The notes beneath the pieces were generated by a model, which saw only the letters and a list, made by a program, of their open reading frames with translations, searched no databases and was not told the origin of the DNA. A stretch of DNA of 56,932 nt from Nitrospirota bacterium (lineage in GTDB: Bacteria > Nitrospirota > Thermodesulfovibrionia > Thermodesulfovibrionales > SM23-35): assembly GCA_040753955.1 (NCBI GenBank), contig JBFMDQ010000007.1, forward strand, positions 2,303 through 59,234. Reading direction: 5' to 3'. A program made the translations under genes and the position numbers. Positions 49,430-56,932 of the stretch are shown here, in pieces. Positions within the stretch are counted from its first letter, which is position 1; each line of letters opens with the position of its first letter.

Positions 49430-49780
49430 ATGGAAAGTGCAAAAACATTTAAAGATTTGGTAGTCTGGCAAAAAGCACATGAACTTGTAATTGAAGTCTA
49501 TCGGACAACAAAACTGTTCCCTTCCGAGGAAAGATTCGGTCTTGTATCACAGATGAGGCGTGCAGCTGTATCCGTACCTGCTAATCTTGCAGAAGGTTTT
49601 GTAAAGAGAAGTATAAAAGATAAAAGCAATTTCTATAATATGTCTCAGGGATCGCTCGAGGAGCTGAAATATTATTTCATTTTATCGGAAGATCTCGGTT
49701 ATGCAAAAAATGAACGTCTGGCATTAAAGGCTGATGAAGTAGGTAAATTGCTTAATGGGTTATTATCTTCTTTATCCTAA
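49430..49780 (+). CDS. Four-helix-bundle protein (TIGR02436 / bAvd-like), copy 3
   Basis: FKDLVVWQKAH, FP.EERFGL.SQMRRAAVSVPANLAEG, GSLEEL.Y...LS.DLGY. Confidence 0.93.
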   Translation: MESAKTFKDLVVWQKAHELVIEVYRTTKLFPSEERFGLVSQMRRAAVSVPANLAEGFVKRSIKDKSNFYNMSQGSLEELKYYFILSEDLGYAKNERLALKADEVGKLLNGLLSSLS

Positions 49781-49814
49781 CTACTTACTACTTACTACTA
49801 ACTACTTGCTACTT
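49780..49814. repeat. 7-nt repeat arm (ACTACTT x5)
   Basis: ACTACTT ACTACTT ACTACTA ACTACTT GCTACTT. Confidence 0.9.
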
Positions 49815-49829
49815 TTATAAGGGGGTAAC

Positions 49830-50861
49830 ATGAATGATACCTTCCTCAGGGCATGTCGTGGAGAAAGAGTTGAATATATACCTGTCTGGCTTATGCGCCA
49901 GGCAGGGAGATATCTTCCTCAATATCAGGCAGTACGAGCCGATGTTGAGTTTCTTACGCTCTGTAAGACGCCTGAACTTGCTGCAGAGATCACGCTTCAG
50001 CCTGTTGACATCCTTGGAGTTGATGCAGCCATACTATTTTCTGACATTCTCATCCCTGTTGAGGCAATGGGTGTGTCCCTTGAATTTTCTGATAAAAATG
50101 GGCCTATCCTCAGTGAGCCGATAAGAAACAAATCTGCTGTTGACAGGTTAATTATGCCGGATGCAGAAGACGACATGCCTTTTGTTATTGAGACAATTAA
50201 GATCTTGAGAGAAAAACTTAAGGATAAGGTACCACTGATAGGATTTTCAGGCGCCCCCTTTACACTTGCTGCATATATGATTGAGGGTGGTGGTTCAAAG
50301 AATTTTCTCCATACAAAGAAGATGATGTTTCAGAACAACAGGCTATTCAATTATCTCATGGAAAAATTAACCCTAACTGTTATCTCCTATCTCTCCGCCC
50401 AGATAAAGGCTGGTGCCCAAGCAGTACAGATTTTTGATACATGGGCAGGTGTGCTCACACCTTTTGACTATAAAGAAACCGTGCTCCCTTATCTTAAGAA
50501 AATTATTTCTGAGTTAAAGAGAGAAGCGGTTCCGATAATCTATTTCGCAAATGATTGCGCAGGGATACTTAAAGAGGTAAAGAAATCAGGTGCTGATGTT
50601 ATCGGAATTGACTGGAGGATTGACATAGCTGATGCAATAAAAAAACTTGGAAGGAGAGTGGTTGTTCAGGGAAACCTTGATCCATGTGCACTTTTTCTTT
50701 CAAAGAAAGAGATTGAGGAGAGGGTTAAAGATATATTATGGAAAGGAGAGGCCGCAAAAGGTCATATCTTCAATCTCGGGCACGGAATCTTGCCAGAGAC
50801 ACCTGTTGAAAATGCAGTTGCCCTGGTTGAGGCAGTGCATAAGTACGGCCGTAAAGATTAG
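49830..50861 (+). CDS. hemE: Uroporphyrinogen decarboxylase
   Basis: PVWLMRQAGRYLP, DAAILFSDI, IFNLGHGI. Confidence 0.97.
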   Translation: MNDTFLRACRGERVEYIPVWLMRQAGRYLPQYQAVRADVEFLTLCKTPELAAEITLQPVDILGVDAAILFSDILIPVEAMGVSLEFSDKNGPILSEPIRNKSAVDRLIMPDAEDDMPFVIETIKILREKLKDKVPLIGFSGAPFTLAAYMIEGGGSKNFLHTKKMMFQNNRLFNYLMEKLTLTVISYLSAQIKAGAQAVQIFDTWAGVLTPFDYKETVLPYLKKIISELKREAVPIIYFANDCAGILKEVKKSGADVIGIDWRIDIADAIKKLGRRVVVQGNLDPCALFLSKKEIEERVKDILWKGEAAKGHIFNLGHGILPETPVENAVALVEAVHKYGRKD

Positions 50862-50871
50862 ATAGGCTTTT

Positions 50872-52626
50872 CTATGAAGAAACCTGTTGCCTTATCTGAA
50901 TCAGATTATCTTTTATCTCGTTCATCCTCTTTTCTGTTTCTAATAGAACTGCCTTTCGCTCCTTAATATCCTTTTCACCCTTTGCTCTCTGGCTCATCCC
51001 CTTTTCTACAGCAGTAGATATTCCTTCGATGGTTGCTTCTATTCTTTGAAGCATCTCCCATCTGAAATCAAGCTTACTCTTGTCGAGCCTTTTTACAAAG
51101 TCATATCTTATCCTCCCACCTTGCACGTCCGCCATCTCGAGTATATACTCTTTGATCTTTTTCAGAATAATCTTTTCGCCTATGAACTTAGGTAACGAGA
51201 GAGTAAATGATGTTGTAAGAAACTCGAGCATTCCTGGTTCCCACTTAAATTTGTAATAGAAACTCGGTTTTATTGTCCATAACTCTTCTGCCTTGAATGC
51301 CTCAAAGGGGATAGCAAAAAGCTCTGAAGAAAATTTAAAGAGGGAATCAACGATTTCGTTTATTTTTGTAATAAATCTACTACATATAGCCTCAAAGGCA
51401 GAGGCAAGTTTTTCATCTTCCATTGCCCACCAGTTATTATAGGCATTCCTTATTTCATCGATCACATATTCTTCAAGGGCTTTATTCAACTCCTTTGACG
51501 GGAGTGACTGTTTTTCTCTGTAAAAAGATTCGAGACCTGCTGAAAGTATAGAAACTGTCTCTTTCTTAAACTCCTCAAGGTCCTCGTCAAGGCCTCTTTT
51601 TACAAGTCTGTTGACCTCGCCATCAAGGAGTATGTCGAAATCCTGCTTTTCACGCATAACCTCTTTTTTCTTTTTCTCAAACATCCCTATCTTCGCTTTA
51701 AGTTCTTCAACAGGGATTGTCAATGATTTCATCTCGAGTCCGAGTTCAAACAATGCTTGAGAGAGAACCCTCAGTAGAGAATTTGATACCGAGAGAAGCA
51801 GAACCTTACCTTTCTCCTCCATAAGAAATGTATTCAGTTTACTTTCGAATTCAGGGAGATAGCTTTTCTCAAGGAGTTCTTTTGATCCGGATAATTTACC
51901 CTCAATAGCAAACCTGGCAGAAAGTGGGAAAATTTTTACCTCTCTGTCCATACACTCCCCTATAATCTTTTTAGAGAAAGAAATGGATTCTTTGAGGTCT
52001 TCGATATCGACATAATCCGCCTTATTCTGGAGAAAGAATATCCTATTGGAGTATTCTTTTACATCCTTTAGAAAATCGAGTTCTGCTTGGCCTACTGGCT
52101 GGTCCACTGAAAGGAGGAACAGGGCGGCATCTGATTTCGGTAGATACTGGTATGCAATATCTGTATTGTGCTGATAAATAGAGCCAACGCCCGGTGTATC
52201 TATCAGCCTCACACCATCTTTCAGATAAGTGGAAGGATAGGTGATAACAACTTCCCGGACATCTTTTTCATTCCTTGGATTTCCCCTCTCTGTAACATAT
52301 TCTGAAAGATTTTCAGGCTTAATCTCGATCACCCTGCCATCATTGAAAAAGACCTTTATATTCAGTGAATCGCCAAATTTCAGAATCGTTGCTATAGAAG
52401 TAAGGGGGACAACTGCTGTGGGTAATATCTCTGCTCCTAAAAGTGCATTAATTAAGGTAGTTTTGCCCCTTTTGAATTGTCCGAGCACAACGAGGTTAAA
52501 TACATTATCCTGGATTTTCTCTTTAAGCTCCTCGCAGGGACATCCGGGAATATCTTCAATAACAGACATGGACTCAATACACTTTAGAAGCCCTTCTTTC
52601 AGATGAGAATATTTATCGAGAACCAT
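50872..52626 (-). CDS. Bacterial dynamin-like GTPase
   Basis: G1 GQFKRGKT, G2 PLT, G3 DTPG, G4 NKAD, helical stalk. Confidence 0.88.
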   Translation of the reverse strand: MVLDKYSHLKEGLLKCIESMSVIEDIPGCPCEELKEKIQDNVFNLVVLGQFKRGKTTLINALLGAEILPTAVVPLTSIATILKFGDSLNIKVFFNDGRVIEIKPENLSEYVTERGNPRNEKDVREVVITYPSTYLKDGVRLIDTPGVGSIYQHNTDIAYQYLPKSDAALFLLSVDQPVGQAELDFLKDVKEYSNRIFFLQNKADYVDIEDLKESISFSKKIIGECMDREVKIFPLSARFAIEGKLSGSKELLEKSYLPEFESKLNTFLMEEKGKVLLLSVSNSLLRVLSQALFELGLEMKSLTIPVEELKAKIGMFEKKKKEVMREKQDFDILLDGEVNRLVKRGLDEDLEEFKKETVSILSAGLESFYREKQSLPSKELNKALEEYVIDEIRNAYNNWWAMEDEKLASAFEAICSRFITKINEIVDSLFKFSSELFAIPFEAFKAEELWTIKPSFYYKFKWEPGMLEFLTTSFTLSLPKFIGEKIILKKIKEYILEMADVQGGRIRYDFVKRLDKSKLDFRWEMLQRIEATIEGISTAVEKGMSQRAKGEKDIKERKAVLLETEKRMNEIKDNLIQIRQQVSS

Positions 52627-52672
52627 TTTATCCTCCTATCATCTTTCTTTATAGGAGTCTTTACCCTAAACT

Positions 52673-52777
52673 AAAAAACTCCTACAACCCCACCTGCCCT
52701 CCCTGTAAGGGAGAAGGTTAGAGTGGTAGGAGTTATCAGTCCCGATTTATCGAGACAGTTAAGCGAACTCCATCGCT
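52673..52777 (-). promoter_or_regulatory. Fluoride riboswitch (crcB motif) with terminator expression platform
   Basis: Minus strand AGCGATGGAGTTCGCT-TAAC...CTGATAACTCCTAC...GTAGGAGTTTTTT matches the crcB aptamer, its pseudoknot and the overlapping terminator. Confidence 0.88.
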
Positions 52778-52995
52778 TATATAATTTTACTATAATCGCT
52801 GAGTAATAAGCAAGCAGGGATTTAACGAAGTAATGGTATGTTCTAAAGATAACAACAGTGTGAAAATTCTTGACAGAGAAGGAAATCGTAGAACTCTACA
52901 AGAAACAGTTATACATCCCTATTTACTCAGTGAGATGCAGCTTGAGAAAATTTATTATCACAAACACTTCGCAATGGATTGTAAGCCTCATATTT

Positions 52996-54090
52996 TTAGT
53001 CGGTGTGCAACACCACGGAATAGCTATTGAATATGACCCATACACGATCATTCTCTTGAAAACCTCTCTCGCGAGCGTTTTCTGTGCTAACCACTGAACA
53101 CAGTTCCGTTCCATCCGAAATACGCACGACATACTCTGTAGTAATTTTACCTCTGCTGATACGTTTAATGGTTCCGAAAAATCGGTTTTCCGCTGTAGAT
53201 TCGGGCTCTTTATCGCTTTTCTGTAAAATCACCCAGGGAGCTTTTATCTCCGCTGTAATTAATGAGCCTGTTTTGAGTCCGAGCCTTGACAGGCTGTTAT
53301 TGGTTATCACCGTCGTCACTCTATCACCACTGATTGTGACCATCTCAATTTTCGACTGTATGTCTCCCTTCTGGATAGATTGGATTTTACCGAAAAAGCT
53401 ATTTCGGGCACTCGTTTTTCGAGAAGATTCTTTTTCTATAAAATATTTTGCTACTTGCTGAATATCGTCATCGGAAAATGCAACATAGGAAGCTGTTACG
53501 CTGGGTGTTGAATGGCCCAGCATCCTTTGTACAACAGGCAATGGCATATTGCTCTGCAGTAGTTCCACAGCACGGGATTTTCGTATGACATCCGGGGCGC
53601 CCAAGGCAGGAGGTAAGCCACAATCAAGTGCCCTCTCGTAAAACTTACGGCGAACATGGCCCGGGTCTACCTTGAACAAATTGCCCAGATATTTTTTGAA
53701 AGAAGGCTCATTCAAAGAAATCTTGATCTCTTCAGAAATTGTTCCCGGTATCTGGACTTTCCTTGGTGGTCGACTGTCAGAGATACTCGTTCTTCCTAAA
53801 ACCACCGTTTGTCGATTGAAGTCTATATCCCGAAAGGGATTGAGGGCTAAAACTTCGTTCAGTTTTGCTCCGGTATAGCGTATCAAAAGGAATAACAGCA
53901 AGATACGCCGACGGGATAGACGAACGTCTGATCTTGAAGAATTCTCCACCCAGCTACGAAATGACTGCTCCATTTTATTGAGCTGAACCGCATCGAGGCA
54001 GTGTGCTTTGTCTGGCATAGAGACAATGCGTGCATGGCTTGACCGCTCAGTTATCGATGACCGTTGTATATGCTGTCTATGCCGAAACAT
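52996..54090 (-). CDS. TunR-type regulator: degenerate tyrosine-recombinase domain plus tandem TOBE/Mop domains
   Basis: YTGAKLNE, LPVVQRMLGHS...TASY, TSARN.F.G, IKAP.V, AEN.F.G; start codon uncertain. Confidence 0.85.
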   Translation of the reverse strand: MFRHRQHIQRSSITERSSHARIVSMPDKAHCLDAVQLNKMEQSFRSWVENSSRSDVRLSRRRILLLFLLIRYTGAKLNEVLALNPFRDIDFNRQTVVLGRTSISDSRPPRKVQIPGTISEEIKISLNEPSFKKYLGNLFKVDPGHVRRKFYERALDCGLPPALGAPDVIRKSRAVELLQSNMPLPVVQRMLGHSTPSVTASYVAFSDDDIQQVAKYFIEKESSRKTSARNSFFGKIQSIQKGDIQSKIEMVTISGDRVTTVITNNSLSRLGLKTGSLITAEIKAPWVILQKSDKEPESTAENRFFGTIKRISRGKITTEYVVRISDGTELCSVVSTENARERGFQENDRVWVIFNSYSVVLHTD

Positions 54091-54192
54091 AATATTGTCT
54101 CTATAATCTCAGCGCCGGGCACATATATATTTTTTTCTCAGAACGCTAATGACTGCCATACTTTTAGTATATCACATTTTTGTGCGAAGCAC

Positions 54193-54260
54193 TTGACAGA
54201 CTCTATAGTACATGGTAAAGTGTTAATCAACACGAAAACTATAATTATCGTGTTAATTAA
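54193..54260 (+). promoter_or_regulatory. Sigma70 promoter with downstream palindromic operator
   Basis: TTGACA-N17-TAAAGT (extended -10); TTAATCAACACGA-N12-TCGTGTTAATTAA (12/13) at 54223-54260. Confidence 0.75.
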
Positions 54261-54288
54261 TACCTCTTAATTTTAAAAGGGGCCTTAT

Positions 54289-55266
54289 ATGGATTTTCTC
54301 TATATGCTTTTTCCTGTTTCTGGAGTTAAGACATATATATTTATCCCCCCTCTGGTTGCACTAATCGTCTCTTTTCTCACCTCAATGGGTGGGGTTTCGG
54401 GTGCATTTTTATTATTACCATTTCAGGTGAGTGTCCTTAATTTTACAAGTCCATCTGTAAGCGCTACCAATTTCGTCTATAACATTGTCGCAATCCCAAC
54501 CGGGGTTTACCGCTATCTCAAGGAAGGTCGAATGGCATGGCCTCTGACTAATATTGTCATTATAGGAACACTCCCCGGGGTACTTATTGGCTACTATCTC
54601 AGAGTAAGGTATCTGCCTGACCCACGAGCCTTCAAGTTCTTTGTTGGATGTGTACTTCTTTATATCGGTAGCCGCCTTCTTTATGATCTTACAGGAAAGG
54701 CAACAGCCGGAAAATTGAAGATGAAGGCGCTCGAGGAAAAATTCAGGGAGAGAAGTAAACAGATTAAAAACCAACAAAAAAGCAGAATAGCTGCAGGCCT
54801 TCCTCCAGAAGCTGTAGTTAAAACAGCCTCGGCAAGTGTAAAGAGAATAGAATATGAGTTCTGGGGAGAAAGATTTTCGTTCAGCACACTACCCCTCTTT
54901 CTTGTTGCCTTTATTGTCGGGATAATTGGAGGTACCTATGGAATCGGTGGAGGGGCAATTCTTGCGCCATTCTATGTGGCAATCTTCCATCTGCCAGTTT
55001 ATACTATTGCTGGCGCTGCCTTAATGGGGACATTTTTAACTTCTATTGCAGGTGTATTTTTTTACAGCATCGTACCTGCTCCGGGTGGGATGGTCACCTC
55101 ACCAGACTGGCTATTAGGATTCCTTTTTGGTATAGGAGGATTTGCAGGTATGTACATCGGCGCACGATTTCAAAAATTCGTTCCTCAGAAGTTTATCAAA
55201 CTCATGTTGGGACTCATTATTGTCTTCCTCTCATTTCGTTATATTTCGCAGTTTTTTATGAAATAG
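54289..55266 (+). CDS. TSUP (TauE/SafE) family permease
   Basis: MGGVSGAFLLLP, YGIGGGAI.AP, multiple TM segments. Confidence 0.88.
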   Translation: MDFLYMLFPVSGVKTYIFIPPLVALIVSFLTSMGGVSGAFLLLPFQVSVLNFTSPSVSATNFVYNIVAIPTGVYRYLKEGRMAWPLTNIVIIGTLPGVLIGYYLRVRYLPDPRAFKFFVGCVLLYIGSRLLYDLTGKATAGKLKMKALEEKFRERSKQIKNQQKSRIAAGLPPEAVVKTASASVKRIEYEFWGERFSFSTLPLFLVAFIVGIIGGTYGIGGGAILAPFYVAIFHLPVYTIAGAALMGTFLTSIAGVFFYSIVPAPGGMVTSPDWLLGFLFGIGGFAGMYIGARFQKFVPQKFIKLMLGLIIVFLSFRYISQFFMK

Positions 55267-55277
55267 GAGGCACAAAT

Positions 55278-56114
55278 ATGAAAGGGCTGGTATGCCCGGT
55301 AGCAAGACTGGAGAAACTGCTTGTAGCAACAGACGGATCTGAATTTAGCGAAAGTGCCATAAGAGAAGCAATAAATCTTGCAAAGACATGTTCAAGCAAG
55401 CTATACGCAGTATCAGTAGTCAAAACGAATCCTGAGTTTGAGGCTGTCATGCCACAGGTCGTTGAAAAGGATGAAAAAGAGGCGATGGAACATCTTGAAT
55501 CAATTAAGAGCAGGGCTTCAAAGGAAGGCGTTGACTGCGAGATAATTGTTCATCGGGGTGAAGAGCCTTTTCAGGACATAGTGAACGATGCAGCAAAGAA
55601 TCAAGTCGATATGATAATCATAGGAACGCACGGCAGAACAGGACTTAAGAGGCTTATGATGGGGAGTGTGACCGCAAAGGTTATAGGCCATGCCCCTTGC
55701 AAGGTTTTGGTTGTACCTAAGGATGCTAGAGTCACCTTTGAAAAGATCCTCATTGCTACGGATGGTTCAATATATAGCGAATTAGCATCCCGTGAGGCCA
55801 TCAGCATTGCAAAACGCACCGATAGTAGCCTGATCGCCCTTTCCGTTGCTAAAAGAGATGAAAATCTTCCAGCAGCAAAGGAAAGCGTTGATATGGTGAG
55901 AAAGGTTGCAGAAAAGGAAGGCATAAAGGTGGAAGCTCTAACCCCGAAAGGCTTGCCATTTGAGGCTATAGTCAATATAGCAAAGCAGAAAAATGCAGGT
56001 CTTATAGTTGTTGGAAATCATGGCAGGACTGGCACGGAAAGACTACTCATGGGAAGCGTGACTGAAAGGGTCATCGGTCATGCAAAGTCTGCAGTTTTGG
56101 TAGTCAAAACATAA
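55278..56114 (+). CDS. Tandem universal stress protein
   Basis: Two ATDGS / G.HGRTG...L.MGSV repeats. Confidence 0.93.
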   Translation: MKGLVCPVARLEKLLVATDGSEFSESAIREAINLAKTCSSKLYAVSVVKTNPEFEAVMPQVVEKDEKEAMEHLESIKSRASKEGVDCEIIVHRGEEPFQDIVNDAAKNQVDMIIIGTHGRTGLKRLMMGSVTAKVIGHAPCKVLVVPKDARVTFEKILIATDGSIYSELASREAISIAKRTDSSLIALSVAKRDENLPAAKESVDMVRKVAEKEGIKVEALTPKGLPFEAIVNIAKQKNAGLIVVGNHGRTGTERLLMGSVTERVIGHAKSAVLVVKT

Positions 56115-56152
56115 TCCTCTTTTCTCTATCAAAAATCAAATCTACAGGAAAC

Positions 56153-56731
56153 ATGTTAAACTTTCCATTAAGCTCGGGGGTACGCAGATTGAAAAATGTT
56201 TCATTAAAAAACATCTTCCTAGTTTTTCTGAAGATTGGTACCTTTGCCTTTGGAGGGGTTTATTCCATGCTTGCCTTTTTTGAGAAAGAATTGGTGGAAA
56301 GACATAAATGGCTCACGCATGACGAATATATTGAGAGTGTAGCTATAGGGCAGATGACCCCAGGCCCGCCCATTGTGAATACCGGGATCTGTATCGGGTA
56401 TAAACTGAAGAAAATAAAAGGGGCACTTATAGCTACTGTAGGACAAGCATTCACAGGTACAGTTCTGGCTATCCTACTGGCAATTTTCTACATAAAAACC
56501 AGAGATAATGTTCTATTAGGCTCAATCATGAAAGGTGTGGGGGCGGCTGTAGTAGGTCTGCTCCTCTCTATTGTCTATAAGATGGCAAGAGAAATCATAA
56601 AGGATTACAAAACAGCCTTATTTGCATTATCTGCCTTTATTGCACTGGCTGTACTTAAACTTAATCCTATCGGCCTTATTCTGACTTCAGGTATAATCGG
56701 CTTGGTCGTTTATGGGATGAAATCCAGATGA
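56153..56731 (+). CDS. Short-chain chromate transporter (CHR) subunit
   Basis: FLKIG..AFGG, V....WL, Q.TPGP; true start may be TTG near 56189. Confidence 0.9.
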   Translation: MLNFPLSSGVRRLKNVSLKNIFLVFLKIGTFAFGGVYSMLAFFEKELVERHKWLTHDEYIESVAIGQMTPGPPIVNTGICIGYKLKKIKGALIATVGQAFTGTVLAILLAIFYIKTRDNVLLGSIMKGVGAAVVGLLLSIVYKMAREIIKDYKTALFALSAFIALAVLKLNPIGLILTSGIIGLVVYGMKSR

Positions 56732-56932
56732 TTCTACTTAAATTTTGCTGGATACTGATTATTGTCAATGCCCTGACTATCGGGGGAGGCTTCGTCATGC
56801 TCCCGATGCTTCAAAAGGAATTTGTGGAAAAAAATCACTGGTTAACCAACAAAGAATTTATAGATGCTATTGCTATCGGGCAGGTTACCCCGGGACCTCT
56901 AACAGTCATGAATGCCTTTATCGGATATAAAA
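56728..56932 (+). CDS. Second short-chain chromate transporter subunit (partial)
   Basis: ATGA overlap; MILLKFCW...TIGGGFVMLP...FVEKNHWL...GQVTPGP; not in the ORF track. Confidence 0.88.
   Translation, partial: MILLKFCWILIIVNALTIGGGFVMLPMLQKEFVEKNHWLTNKEFIDAIAIGQVTPGPLTVMNAFIGYK

Noticed and set aside
52996-54090. Active integrase marking a mobile island
   Set aside because: Catalytic motifs are altered and Mop domains are fused, which fits a regulator; no att sites are evident.
269-56454. Many short antisense or overlapping ORFs in the track
   Set aside because: They shadow well-supported genes and lack motifs or ribosome-binding sites.
56745-56930. 61-aa ORF from the track
   Set aside because: Wrong frame; the frame starting at 56728 encodes the chromate transporter.

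Overview
Core-genome window of an anaerobic bacterium; the gene set suggests Nitrospirota/Thermodesulfovibrionales or a related lineage (inference, no search run). Left to right: dnaB 5' end, rplI, an M50 protease, and a long minus-strand efflux cluster (TetR, TolC, MFP, RND, MFS, ABC) whose RND gene is split by an exact 16-bp tandem duplication. Then panD, an inserted island (type IIG restriction-modification gene plus a beta-CASP nuclease, bracketed by a duplicated R-M 3' end), gatC, uvrD/pcrA, glmS, glmU, yebC, mtnP, tldD, lpxC with a sigma54 promoter, a degenerate HTH-nucleotidyltransferase followed by a 20-aa Lys/Ala peptide, rplM-rpsI-argC-argJ, amrS, rimI, tsaB, hisF, glyQS, vorB, a cold-shock gene, a macro-domain gene, hflX (apparent ATA start), an AhbD-like radical SAM with hemE, a dynamin-like GTPase behind a fluoride riboswitch, and a TunR-type regulator divergent from a TSUP-USP-chromate transporter operon. 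No rRNA, tRNA, CRISPR array or transposase was seen. The most striking unexplained signal is three four-helix-bundle (TIGR02436/bAvd-like) genes, each enclosed by mutually complementary arrays of 7-nt repeats. Several 'empty' versions of the same architecture sit at gene junctions, and two of them carry mini-ORFs that would preserve translational coupling. Three other miniature palindrome families also occur, some nested in each other or inserted in frame in genes.
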